DNA of 64,000 bases, taken from the NCBI GenBank assembly GCA_965644495.1, contig CBFFSA010000006.1, forward strand, positions 744,001-808,000. Direction: 5' to 3'. Under the pieces are notes generated by a model, which searched no databases, had not been told where the DNA came from, and worked only from the letters and a program-made list of their open reading frames with translations. Each line of letters opens with the position of its first letter. Position 1 is the stretch's first letter. The stretch comes from Perkinsela sp. CCAP 1560/9. Lineage: Eukaryota > Protista > Euglenozoa: Kinetoplastea. The position numbers were made by a program, and so were the translations under genes. Of the stretch, positions 52,728-63,653 are shown one piece after another.

Positions 52728-53705
52728 CTGTCCCTCTTACTTAAGAGTCCGCGGGGTACCCCCCTACTTCAGAGTCCTTTTTGACGGAGCCTCGGGCTGC
52801 TTGCGGCGCGAAGCGCCGCCAGATTTTTTTTTTTTTGATTTTATTTGATTTTATTTTCTTTAATTTTTTTAGTTGTCTGCCCATTGCGCTTAGTTGCGTT
52901 TTTAATATTTCTAAGCTATTTATACTTGATGGTTCTCCGAGCAAGGAGCAGACTACTGGCAGGCATGGCACAACCATGCCAATCTGCCGGCCAACCACCT
53001 TCATCTATCTCCCCACCTAACCACGGTATCCTTCCGTTACCCCATTCCGGTAACCAACCCCGTTCTCTTCTATCCCCAGTGTACGCGGTATTGCATTACG
53101 AATATCATTATATTCTCCTGCATATCAAGGGTCATATTCTGAATATTTATGACAGTTTTTTTGAACATGCCTCAGTAACAGGTCGGGCTAACGTCAAAAT
53201 TTTCCGAAACAGACTTATTTCTCACTTAGAAATACGCTCAAAGGATCCTAATTTGATGTATTTTGCCAAATGCCCTCAGCAAATGCCAGACAAAATACGT
53301 GCGGACTACACGTAATAAATAACTTATGTTGTTCTCTATTTGGTGTCGAAAAAGAGTATTTTAGCAGATCAACACTATGCGATTATTGGTCTCCACACCT
53401 TAACTAGACAATCATTTTTATCAAATTCATAAAATCTACCACTCCTGATGTGAGTGCGTAATGGGGAAGTATGGTCGGGACCTCCTCGTGGTCTTCCCTG
53501 GCACTGTTATCGTAGCGATAGTACAGACGCCGACCTTCATTAGACAAAAATAGAGAAAAAAAACATAGACAAAAAAGGAACCGGCCATATTGAAATTTTA
53601 TGAAAGAATGTTGACCCCTCCACTTAAGAGTCCAGAAAATTGTGACCCCCCATTTAAGAGTCCAAATGCCCAAAATCGGCGGACTCTTAAGTATGGGGGG
53701 GACAG
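52728..53705. mobile_element. Family B TIR element carrying a protease-like cargo
   Basis: TA|CTGTCCCTCTTACTTAAGAGTCCGC ... GCGGACTCTTAAGTATGGGGGGGACAG|TA. Confidence 0.85.
52929..53407 (+). pseudogene. Ulp1/SENP-like (clan CE) cysteine protease, frameshifted
   Basis: HYILLHIKGHILNIYDS and CPQQMPD; adding one A in CAAAAT gives DKNTCGLHVINNL, completing the H-D-Q-C motif order. Confidence 0.65.
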
Positions 53706-53917
53706 TATATGATAAAGAGTTCTGTAAATGTTAAATTAGCACGGTATTTGCTTCATATTTTATGAAGCAACAACAATTCTGTGAAATCTTTGAGAGAGAA
53801 AAATAGTTTTGTGAAAATCAAAAAAAGTGCGGAATTTGGTTCAGTTTCACCCATTTTTCAGATCTCAACGCAAAGACTTTGCGCGTGAAAAAATGAGACA
53901 AAAAGAAACGAATACGT

Positions 53918-54003
53918 ATACTTTAGAGAGATTACCATTTTGAGAGATTACTTTGAGTATACTTTGAGAGATTACCATTTTACTTTAGAGAGATTACCAT
54001 TTT
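53918..54003. repeat. GAGAGATTACCATTT-based tandem repeats at the transposase 3' end
   Basis: Four imperfect copies. Confidence 0.75.
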
Positions 54004-54400
54004 GTCACCATTTCTCCGTTACTCGCTACGCAAGCTTTGAGGCAAGCATCGAAGTTCAAAACCGAACCATAAATATAATCTTGAGACAATTTACGCCAAG
54101 CTTTACGTACGCTTTTTATGAGATCTTCTTTATTTGCAAGATTGTATTCATCTACAAGATTTTGTACCATGCTCCACACGTTTTCTATTGGTGAGAGATC
54201 GGGGGAGTTGGGCGGCCAATTTTTCAACAATTTCATTTTGCTGTCCTCAAGGTACACTTTTGTTTCCTTCGCAATGTGAGGTGTTGCCCCATCTTGCTGA
54301 AAAATACAGTTTGGGGTGAATGATACTTTTTTTAATGGTTTAATGTACGAAACACATGTAATTGAGTTGGATGGGAGAATAACAAGGTGTCTTTGGATTC
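53994..54400 (-). pseudogene. DD35E transposase C-terminal fragment
   Basis: FQQDGATPH...WPPNSPDLSPIENVW; 35 residues between D and E. Confidence 0.9.
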
Positions 54401-55239
54401 CTTCAGGGCTCAGAGTGTAAATTTTCAGGCGAAATGTTTTTCAAATATTTTCGAATATGTTTCACATTATACTCGCGGGTCATTAAACTCGCGGGCTAGT
54501 TGCCTTATCGCAACCCTTTGGCCAAGCCTCATGCACAATAACACTTTTCCACCCCTGGGGAGTCGATACGCATTTCTTGGTATGAAAAGTGCGTTTTTCA
54601 AAAAAATACATCCAACTCTTTTTTAGTTTTCGAAATGGCCTAAAGACAACGGGAACGTACAGATCTCAAAATTTTGCACGATAAAGTGGTGCGATAACCC
54701 ACCTAGCCCCCCTCGTACAAAAAATAAGGGTGGGTGCCTTTTTGATGGGGAGGGGCTTATAATAGAAGAAAAATTTATAAAAGGGGCTCCGGTGGTCCAA
54801 AGATTTTCAAAAAACATCGGACTCTTGGGGGTCCAGGTGGGGGGGGAGGCATACCGCACGAAATTTTTTTGAAAAAATTATTTTTCGAAATATATGCGCA
54901 GAAGCGGTAGCCGGGGTCTTGGCTCGCATTTTCCACCCCCCTACCCGGGGGTGAGCCCCCCTCGTATGCGCAGGACGGGTCCGTCAAGTTTGGAATTTTT
55001 CGGAATTTTTTTTTGAAACAAATTCCAACTTGACGAAAAAAATAGTAAAAACATATTTTTCCAAAATCGTTTCCGCTATTGTATTTTGATAGCTTGGGAC
55101 CTATTCTAGATTTCTACGCCATTGTTTTCGCGAGATGTCGCTTCTTGAAGCCGTGGTACGCCTCCCAAAAATGAGAGCAAAAATACCCAAAAATCACCTC
55201 ATTTTTACCCGAAAATCGGCTACTTTTGGCTATAATATT

Positions 55240-55950
55240 TCAATTTTTTACACACCTAATAAGCGAAGTAGTACTGGAGGGGTTCATTCCACATACTCGT
55301 TGCTGTACCATTTCCCATGCATTTTCTATAGGATTGAGGTCATGTGAGTTGGCAAGCCAATTTTTGATATACTGAATTTCTGATTCAAAAAGATAAGACT
55401 TTGTCATTTTTGCAGTGTGTGCGCCTGCTCCATCTTGTTGAAAAATAAAATTACGGGGGAAAGGAGTCTTACGCAGGGTTCTAATACACGTTTCGCTCGT
55501 AATTGAGCTGTCATTGGGAAGAATAGCTAGATAACGCCACCCAACTCCAATGGCACCCCACACATGGCATTTTGTGGCCCAACGCATTTTCTGCCTTGGA
55601 GCAGCCTTTTCGCCCGGGGCAACCCACATTTTTTTACGCATATCATTAGTATCAAAGATTTTTTCATCAGAAAATACAATTATGCGTGAATCCCCATTCC
55701 ATGCTAAGGCAAACTCAACCCTTTTAGCCTTCTGACGTTCGGTCAACGCCATAGTAACCGGGCGTGGGGAATAAGTATATTTCATTGCTTTTAAGTCACG
55801 TTGAACAGTGCGTTTTGTGACATGTACCCCCTTTTTACTCAATCTCCCCGCAATGCATCTAGCGCTGCTGTGTTTCGGCACTCCAGCAAGGTCTTTTGGT
55901 GAAATAATGGTTACTATTTTTTTTCTGCGACGTAAGATATTTTTTTTTCG
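55240..55950 (-). pseudogene. DD35E Tc1/IS630-family transposase, truncated
   Basis: VTKRTVQRDL HTH, IVFSDEKIF, HVWGAIG, FQQDGAGAH, DLNPIENAW; premature TGA. Confidence 0.9.
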
Positions 55951-56309
55951 GTGTAAATATTTTGGTTTTATTGGTTTATTTTGCTTTCAGATATTGCCTC
56001 ACATATTTTACAGAAATATTAAATTCTCGTGCAAGTTGCTTCTTTGGGGCACCGTCCTCGAACCTCAGGCGCAATAATGTCTTACCTATAGGGGTCATCC
56101 CCCCCTTTGGGGGACGGTACTTGGATTTTACCATGAAATTTTAGAAAACAAATATTTCTGAAACTGACTTTTTCAAAAGTTTTAAATGAAGCTAAAAATC
56201 CCGGGAACGTGCAGATCTCAAAATTCTGGACGATAAAGTGGTGCTGCAACCCCCATGGGTCCCCGCACGCAAAAAATAAAGGGGGGTGCTTTATTCGTGT
56301 CGAGGGGTT
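55240..56309 (-). mobile_element. Family D transposon copy 3 (5' TIR plus transposase; 3' end replaced by family A)
   Basis: GGGAACGTGCAGATCTCAAAATT...GGGGGGTGCTTTATTCGTGTCGAGGGGTT|TA end matches 2240 and 54757. Confidence 0.75.
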
Positions 56310-56457
56310 TATACATATTTACTACTTTCGCTTATAAATATATTTGCATACACTTACACTAGCAATCAGCTATAAGTCCCTCCTCGAATTTTTAAAGACT
56401 GGACTGTTTTTTGTCATCTTTTTTTGAACGTGTAGAGAATTTGTTACAATGTAATCC

Positions 56458-56641
56458 AGGCTAAAGTGGACGAGGGAGATACTAAAGGCACCTTTGGAAA
56501 ACCACCTCGAAACTGGAACGGTATCACCCGTTAAAGACCCTTTTGCCACATCAGAATGCTCTACAAACCTGGAGATACCGTTCCAGTTTCGAGGTGGTTT
56601 TCCAAAGGTGCCTTTAGTATCTCCCTCGTCCACTTTAGCCT
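56458..56641. mobile_element. Foldback element/MITE with perfect 68-bp inverted arms and 48-bp spacer
   Basis: 56458-56525 is the exact reverse complement of 56574-56641. Confidence 0.85.
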
Positions 56642-56999
56642 CCGAAAAATCCGAAATTGGCGGACCCGTCCTGCGGATACGCGGGGGGGTCACCACCGGG
56701 TAGGGGGGTGGAAAATGCGCGCCAAGACCCCGGCTACCCTTTCTGCGGTTTTTTTTCGAAAACTAATTTTTTCGAAAAAATTTGCTCGACCATGACCCCC
56801 CCCCCTGGACCCCCCCTGGACCCCCCTCATGGACCCCCCATTTTTTTCAAATTTTTTTTTCAGTTTTGGACCACCGGAGCCCCCTTTTATATTTTTTTCT
56901 TCTATTATATTACTGTGTTCCCCTTTATATTTTCACTGTTTTTGTTCACTTTTTTTTCAATAATCAAGGGTAGAGCGGTAGTTTTACAACCACCGCAAT
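56642..56999 (+). repeat. Family A copy 4
   Basis: Core plus CAACCACCGCAAT terminus. Confidence 0.85.
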
Positions 57000-57248
57000 T
57001 ATTCTTTTTAAAATATTTTGTTTTTCTTCTGTTGCGCTTCTTTCTTTTATCCTGCTTTTTTACTTCAACAGTGGCTCGGCGGAGACTGAGATTCTGTAGT
57101 GAAAAAGACCTGTGCTTTTGAAAAAAACGTTTTTATACCCATTTTACGCCCTTTTTACGCTCGCCGAATTTACCTTAGTAAGCGAATTAGATACGCACCG
57201 TATCTCCCTCAATGATTGAAACCCCTTGAAAGTCATATTATTTTTTAA

Positions 57249-58271
57249 ATGTCATTTTCTCGCCACTCCCGGGGTGGCATGAATCGTGTTACTGCTTCTC
57301 GGGCTTCCGCTCCAAAACAATCATTCACACTTCATCGGGGGTCTAGCCTGCACATGCAGCGCAGCCTAATTTCAGCGCAGGAAATGGAAGAAAATTTTGA
57401 ACGTCATGAAGACAGCGGACGTTGGTTTCGCACACTTTTGGTCGGCTTTATAGTTATTATTCTTGTCGGTTTAGGCTACATGAAATATAATTTGGAATAC
57501 CGTGTTCATCTTCCAAGCGCATACAGTGAGTCTTCATCTAGAGACACACCTCTTGTGGATCCAATAGCAAAAAAATATTATGATCAGCTTGCCGTATCAA
57601 TTGGTGAGAGGCAGACACTTTTCGATAATTCACTTTCTGCTAAGGAGAGAAGAAGAGAGAGGTATCGCCTACGTAAGGCCGCCCGCCAATCTTACGAGGG
57701 TCACTTAAAACATCATCACGCTCTATTACACTGTGGGCGTGACTGTGAGGGACGGCATAAACAAATCGAACTTGCCTTTCAAAATATTAATCAGAAGTTT
57801 GATCGAAACTTGTACGATGTTCTTGGAATTTCAAAAAAAGAAGCTATTGATCTCCACAAGTTAAAAAAGAGATACGAAGATCTTACGAATCACGTCTCAG
57901 AAGAAAACGATGAAGATCGTGCAATAGAGCTGGAAGAACTACGCGACGCTTTCGACGTTTTGTCTGATGCAAACTCACGCAATTTTTACAACTTGTATGG
58001 CTTACGACCCCCTGATGAGATGAAGCATACTTCAGCTCGTTTTGGTGGTTGGGGACAAGAATATTCTAATGCTAGGTCAGTACACATGCGTATTGCAATG
58101 GAAATTTTAAAATATGTTGACTCATATTGGCTTGATCTTGGTGTGCTTGCGGCTTGTCTCTTTTTTGTAGCTGTAGCAATGTGGGTTAAATACCCTGAAC
58201 TAGTTGAGCTTGCAGAGCGCATGGAAGAGCATGAGCAGCGTGTTCTTCAAATGAATAGAAAAGATCAATAA
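57249..58271 (+). CDS. Two-TM membrane protein with degenerate J-like domain (no HPD)
   Basis: NLYDVLGIS...LKKRY...LRDAFDVLSDANSRNFYNLYG. Confidence 0.75.
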   Translation: MSFSRHSRGGMNRVTASRASAPKQSFTLHRGSSLHMQRSLISAQEMEENFERHEDSGRWFRTLLVGFIVIILVGLGYMKYNLEYRVHLPSAYSESSSRDTPLVDPIAKKYYDQLAVSIGERQTLFDNSLSAKERRRERYRLRKAARQSYEGHLKHHHALLHCGRDCEGRHKQIELAFQNINQKFDRNLYDVLGISKKEAIDLHKLKKRYEDLTNHVSEENDEDRAIELEELRDAFDVLSDANSRNFYNLYGLRPPDEMKHTSARFGGWGQEYSNARSVHMRIAMEILKYVDSYWLDLGVLAACLFFVAVAMWVKYPELVELAERMEEHEQRVLQMNRKDQ

Positions 58272-58721
58272 TCGGAAGGTTCTCTTTCTGCTAGAGACGA
58301 CAAGACGAATCAGTTGGCAATCTGTTAATAAACCAATCCTCAAAATTCACATCGTTTTGTAAAATCAGAAATAGAGCAACATACATGCATGTTTTAGTCT
58401 CGACGCTCTTGTCGAAGAAGACTCGTTTATTTTTTCAATGAAACAGTTTTTTTCGTGCACACATTCTACGTACTGTAAGTATCTACAGTAGCTATCGCAT
58501 AGTATTGCACTTATCCAACACACTATTGAAAATGGGCTTAGTTTCTTATACTACTGATGTCACTAAATTTTGCATGAAACTTTCGAAGAGCTTTGAACTG
58601 ATTTTATACTTTTCTGTTTTTCGACTCATGAAATTTATTTTTTTATTTTTATCGCTGTAAATAAAACTTTTATTAAATGTAATTGTTCTCTTTTTCGGAT
58701 TCTATTCTTATTTACAATAGC

Positions 58722-59258
58722 ATGTATCGCATTTCTCCGTCACTTCTTTCCTCCTTTCCGGCAGGATTTCTTAAGTTTGCGCAAAGATGGAGAAGCAAAT
58801 TCGAAAAGAAAAATCCTACACTGACCAATGAAGCTGTTACAAAGCTACTATTGCAGAAATTTGAAGGAATTTCTGAAGAGAGACGCTCGCGTTACGCTCT
58901 TAAGGATGTGGCAACTGAAGATGGACCCCTTCGTATGGCGCAAGTGACGAATACAGAACTTCTTAAAGGTCCTATAAAACAAGGAACTCCTGAATTTGGA
59001 GCACATACGCCCGCCGAACTTCTTCATTACCGGCCGCTTTGCATGAAAGATGTTCAAGTGTTTGCGTCAGCTTTGGCAGAACAAGGAAAGTATAGCACAT
59101 TTTTTACCTATTTTATGAAACATTATCCAGAGGTACGTGAGCTCCATCCCAAACTGACTATGCAAAAGATTTCGAAGCTAATGGGTGAAACGTGGCGGAC
59201 CTTAAGTCCCGAAGAAAAGAAGGCTTACGGACGTTCGGAATGTGGCACAGAAACTTGA
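58722..59258 (+). CDS. Tandem HMG-box protein, possibly mitochondrial (KAP/TFAM-like)
   Basis: Two HMG-like boxes (FLKFAQRWRSKF...; VRELHPKLTMQKISKLMGETWRTLSPEEKKAY); short MYRISPSLL N-terminus. Confidence 0.75.
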   Translation: MYRISPSLLSSFPAGFLKFAQRWRSKFEKKNPTLTNEAVTKLLLQKFEGISEERRSRYALKDVATEDGPLRMAQVTNTELLKGPIKQGTPEFGAHTPAELLHYRPLCMKDVQVFASALAEQGKYSTFFTYFMKHYPEVRELHPKLTMQKISKLMGETWRTLSPEEKKAYGRSECGTET

Positions 59259-59802
59259 ATTTTCCTTTGATATTTCTAGGTGTACTAATTTAGCATTTGA
59301 TATTATTGAAGAAAACAGAATTCTTCGAACAGAATTTTTTTTTGAAGTGATTACATGCAAAGATAAACTTGTGATTTGAGTACTCTGTTTCGTAGTTTTA
59401 CACCTCTTTTACAACTTCTTTTGCGCCGGTAGGTCTACAGAACTCCTACCAATGGGTAGGTAGTTTTTAGTATCTTCGAAAGATCGATTCTGTTTTCTTG
59501 TCTTAAATTCTAAAGCAATTTTTGCCAAAACTGTTTCTTTGGTCATAACTGCTTTTACTTTTTTGGGGTCAAAATTCTTTTTTGGGGTCACCCCAAAAAA
59601 TTCGAAAAAGTTTATTTTTTTTTTCATTTTACTTATCCGAGCTGTATTGTTTTCCACAAATGGGTTTTTCATACGGCTCTCTCCGTGTCACTCGCATGTA
59701 GAGTCGCACAATAGTAAAATTCTTGGAGATTTTACTTTTTTTCTTTACGATTTCTGGCAACTTTCAAAATGGACTTGTTTTTTTAACATTTTAATATTTT
59801 CA

Positions 59803-62196
59803 ATGATCTCTAGAAAGCTTACTAATGGTGGAGAATCCTTCCATTTCTATCTTGAGGAATATCTTCACGAAAAAAACATATCCAAGGAGCATGCAGTACA
59901 GTATGCACCTCCTATCAAGCTAATGCCACATGATTTTATAGTTTATGAACTCTCCGACAACGGGGTCGTAGTAGGCTATAAATCTGATCCATTTCGTACA
60001 ATTTGTTCTGCTGCTAACGCTTCAAATAGGGTAAGACACGATACCGCACCAGATGTTGCTTTCCATGACCAGGAAGCTGTTTTTTGTAGTTGTTGTGGCG
60101 GCAAATTTGCGATTGACGCTAAATTGAAAAAGGCAAGGTCTCTGCTTTTTAGCATTCCCAAACAACTTACAGCACTCGATTTTCAGAGCAACTCTTTCAT
60201 ATTTGAAGGTATTAAAGATTGGAATAGCCGATTAGAGGAGCAATTATGGGAGCTAAACTTTAGCGAAATCGAAAGAAAAATTGACTCACTTACTGAAAAT
60301 ATTAAACTCTCCATAATGACAAAATTCAAGCGCCTTGGTGATATTACGGAAAATGGCGAGATTCTGTTTAAACACCTAAAAGAGTTCGGAATGTGTGCAA
60401 TTCAGGAAAAATGGAATCCACTCAGTATCTCACTTGGTACTTGGAAATGTAAGAATGCACGTTCTGACTTTCGCCGCTCAATCGCTTACAATTTTCCAGC
60501 GTTAATAACCTCTCTAACATCTAACAAAGAACTGATACTACATCCTTCTGAGTGTTATGTTAAAATATTGGTACCGAGTTTATTGCTCGCAGATGCTAAT
60601 TCGTTAGTTCGTAGAGGTGTTTATAATTGCCGTGATTCATCTCCTCTTATTATTTCTTATCGCGAGGGGGCCACAAAAGCTGTGAAACACGCGCTGCGAC
60701 AATGGCTTCAAAGTGCATATAAACCTTTTTATGTTCAGGCTAAAAACGGCAAGCTACTTCTAGAACTTCGTGGAAACTCATCGGTATATACCTACTACGG
60801 GGAATGTGGGAAAAACTCTTCTCGAACGAATCATTTAATAAAATCAAATTGTTTGGAAAACAGTTCCTACAGTAATATTAACTCATGCTTAACCATCAAC
60901 TCAATGAGCGCAGGTAAACATCAGATAGTATCTGAGCAAGAGGAAAGTAGAAAAGAAACTAGTCTCGAAGTGTTCATTGATGATTGCTCATGTTTTAACA
61001 ATTCTCAAATTTACACGCAATTTTGTTTAACCAAGTATAATGCGGAGCATTTTACAGTAGTAAAATCCTTGCAAAAAACACTGCGTTGTCGTAACGCAGA
61101 TATTTCTTATTGTGGGATAAAAGATAAACTAGCTGTCACAACACAGTACATTCGAATAAGGGGGTATAAAGCTCGGCAAAAATTATATGAGCTAAATCGG
61201 TCTGAGCATTTTAATTCCTGTGAAAGTTGGTATCACATTTCTGACGTAGGCTACTTCCCTAGTCCTTTGTACCCTGGTAAATTACGTGGAAATCGTTTTC
61301 GCATCACAGTAAGAAATTGGTTTGAGTCCTATAATGAGTGTAATATCAATATCGCTGCAACTAAGCTGGTACGCGATGGATTTTTAAACTATTTTGGTAC
61401 TCAACGCTTTGGAGACGAAGAAGATTGGTACCCAGTTGCTGCACACTTACTAAAAAAGGATTACTGTAGAGCGTACTCTCTTTTGAAATGTTCACCCGCG
61501 TTTCAACTGTATAGGAGAACTAACCTAAAACGTCAGAGAAGTCCAACCTCTGAAACCGAAGCTTTGAATTTTTTGAAACATATTCCCTATCGCGAGTTAT
61601 TACTTCACTATCACGCTTTTCAGTCTCTTGCTTGGAATTTCGTCCTTACTAAGCACGTGCAAACATTGCGAATCCAAATTTCTGCATCTAGCCTTGCTCT
61701 TGAACAAATTTTGAAGCAATATCTTCCTGAAACTATTCCATTACTTTCTAAATCTATTGTCAGTTTAGTTGAAACAGACTCTCGCACTGTTCAATATTAT
61801 AATGACTTTCTGAGCCTTTATAAGCTTTCATGGGAGGATCTCTCTTTCAATCCAACTATTGGCATTCGTATCCAATCACCTTCTCGTCCCACGATTCAAC
61901 GTCTCAATCACTTATTTTTCTATATTGAAAGAATTCCGACTCTTTTAATAGACCGAACAATTCTTACTCATATAAACGGCGACCAAGGGCTTCTGAAAGA
62001 AAAATTTGATTCAGCAATACAGCCAAATCCTTTACCCGAGAACAATAGTCAAACATATGATACTCAAGCTGTACTGACTCTCCAATTTGAACTTTCTTCA
62101 TCAACATATGCGACAGTTGCCCTTCGAGAATTTTTCTTGCTTTGCAGTCTAGCTCCTTGGGCTGATCGAAAGGTTTCCCAGACGCTAGCGGCATGA
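59803..62196 (+). CDS. PUS7: TruD/PUS7-family pseudouridine synthase
   Basis: CGIKDKLAVTTQ (catalytic Asp), LRGNRFRITVR, GFLNYFGTQRFG, FELSSSTYATVALRE. Confidence 0.88.
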   Translation: MISRKLTNGGESFHFYLEEYLHEKNISKEHAVQYAPPIKLMPHDFIVYELSDNGVVVGYKSDPFRTICSAANASNRVRHDTAPDVAFHDQEAVFCSCCGGKFAIDAKLKKARSLLFSIPKQLTALDFQSNSFIFEGIKDWNSRLEEQLWELNFSEIERKIDSLTENIKLSIMTKFKRLGDITENGEILFKHLKEFGMCAIQEKWNPLSISLGTWKCKNARSDFRRSIAYNFPALITSLTSNKELILHPSECYVKILVPSLLLADANSLVRRGVYNCRDSSPLIISYREGATKAVKHALRQWLQSAYKPFYVQAKNGKLLLELRGNSSVYTYYGECGKNSSRTNHLIKSNCLENSSYSNINSCLTINSMSAGKHQIVSEQEESRKETSLEVFIDDCSCFNNSQIYTQFCLTKYNAEHFTVVKSLQKTLRCRNADISYCGIKDKLAVTTQYIRIRGYKARQKLYELNRSEHFNSCESWYHISDVGYFPSPLYPGKLRGNRFRITVRNWFESYNECNINIAATKLVRDGFLNYFGTQRFGDEEDWYPVAAHLLKKDYCRAYSLLKCSPAFQLYRRTNLKRQRSPTSETEALNFLKHIPYRELLLHYHAFQSLAWNFVLTKHVQTLRIQISASSLALEQILKQYLPETIPLLSKSIVSLVETDSRTVQYYNDFLSLYKLSWEDLSFNPTIGIRIQSPSRPTIQRLNHLFFYIERIPTLLIDRTILTHINGDQGLLKEKFDSAIQPNPLPENNSQTYDTQAVLTLQFELSSSTYATVALREFFLLCSLAPWADRKVSQTLAA

Positions 62197-63199
62197 TTCT
62201 TACAGATGAACGATCATGGCCTTTTATGATACTGCTCCCCCCTCCATTAATTTCTAAACCCCTCCCCCGCGCGCAAGAGTTAACCTTCCTCTCTATAGTT
62301 ATTATTCTCATTTTTTTATTATTCACAATTGTTTCATTTTAGGCTAAAAACTTTTTATTTTTCAAACTTCATGCCGGGACTGGCGAGACGTTTCACTGAA
62401 ATAGATAATAAACCATGTTCCAAGATAGTATACCCATGTCCACTTAGTATATCTACTCCCTTCAACACAACAGAAGCGGATGACGTCCCGTTCTAGAAGC
62501 GACAGTGCAGCATTTCTAGCAATAACAGGCAAAGCACCTTAATTGAAGGCCAAGGCACCATTTTTCTAGCAAGTATACTGTAGAGAAGGAACGCACCGCG
62601 AAGCGGCGCAAAAATTTTGGTTTTGCCTTTTAGACAAAGTTTAGTATACCGTACCCACTTACTGTGACCCCCCCCCTTTATACTTCGCCGGTCAGACCCC
62701 CGCCCTTTATACTTCGTTACTGCTCAAAATGGGCGAAGTACCGTCACCCCCCCTCACTTGTCCCGACGAAAAGGCCAAAAAAGCGGAAAAGGCGGAAAAG
62801 GCGCGTGGTAGGACAAGTCACGTAGCACCACGAGGAGGTCTCGACCTTACTTCCCCGTTTCGGTTTTGTGCCCAACTTTCAGAGGAAGTTGAGATTTTTT
62901 ACAGAAACGGTAACTTTATCGTTTGAGCAGCTTTCCGAATATAACGAAAACGTTACTCCAGTAGTCCAACCAGATTTCGACGTAGTGCTGGTACATTTAC
63001 TTTTCACGCTGGCTTTCTTGATTTCTTGTGCAATGGGTCCAACCTCTGATTGCGCGCTCCATATTAGGTGAGGTGCCACTCACACACTGAGAGGGTTGAA
63101 ACCTATGAAAGGCAAAACCCGCATATTCCTCATTGACGTGGCGGAGAAAAGTACTTTGTCAAAAATAGTGAAGAACATACTTGGTCTCCATCGTGCGCT

Positions 63200-63480
63200 G
63201 CAAAACTTATTCTCGGGCTCGATCTTTCGGCTACACACACCACACCGCCACGTACTGAAGGCTCGTGGCTCTTTTTCACACGGTATCCCCGCCTTATTGG
63301 CTAAGTCGAACAGGTATTTCACCAAACTATTGTGTTTTGTTGTGGCATTAAAACCGTAGCATTGTACGCATCCAGGTATGTGGTGTAAAGCAGATTGACT
63401 GTTCAGTAGTGTTTTGCACCCAGGGCATAAAAGCTTCTCAGATAAACGAGGATGGGCTATTCCTAAACGCGTCATAATGG
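63200..63480 (-). pseudogene. CRE/SLACS-like non-LTR retroelement C-terminal fragment
   Basis: CPGC...HHIPGC knuckle followed by KHNSLV...AGIPCEKEP, the RHN..EP region that precedes the restriction-like endonuclease. Confidence 0.6.
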
Positions 63481-63653
63481 CCAGTTACCTATAATAGTTT
63501 GAGAGTTTGGGACCTAGACTAGCTTTCTACGTCGTCGTTTACACAAGATACCCCTTCTTGAAGCCGTACACGTCTCCCAAAATGACGCCCCAAAAAATAG
63601 GTGTCCTGGCAAAACTTGGCAAAACCCGGCAAAACTTAACAGGTTTCAACCCT

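Larger units (their letters stand above)
52361..54757 (-). mobile_element. Family D DD35E transposon, internally deleted, with nested inserts
   Basis: TA|AATCCCTCCGCACCAATAAGGCACCCACCC ... GGGTGGGTGCCTTTTTGATGGGGAGGGGCT|TA. Confidence 0.8.
52269..55200 (-). repeat. Family A copy 3 (reverse), split by a family D insertion
   Basis: ATTGCGGTGGTTG terminus at 52269-52360; core resumes at 54758-55200. Confidence 0.8.

Noticed and set aside
52269-56999. One 4.7-kb transposon bounded by inverted family A termini
   Set aside because: Better explained as two independent A copies in opposite orientation; no TSD and other copies are solitary
62868-63200. Possible tyrosine-recombinase relic (LLFTLAF...KGKTRIFLIDV)
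   Set aside because: No catalytic R-H-R-Y residues identifiable; too weak
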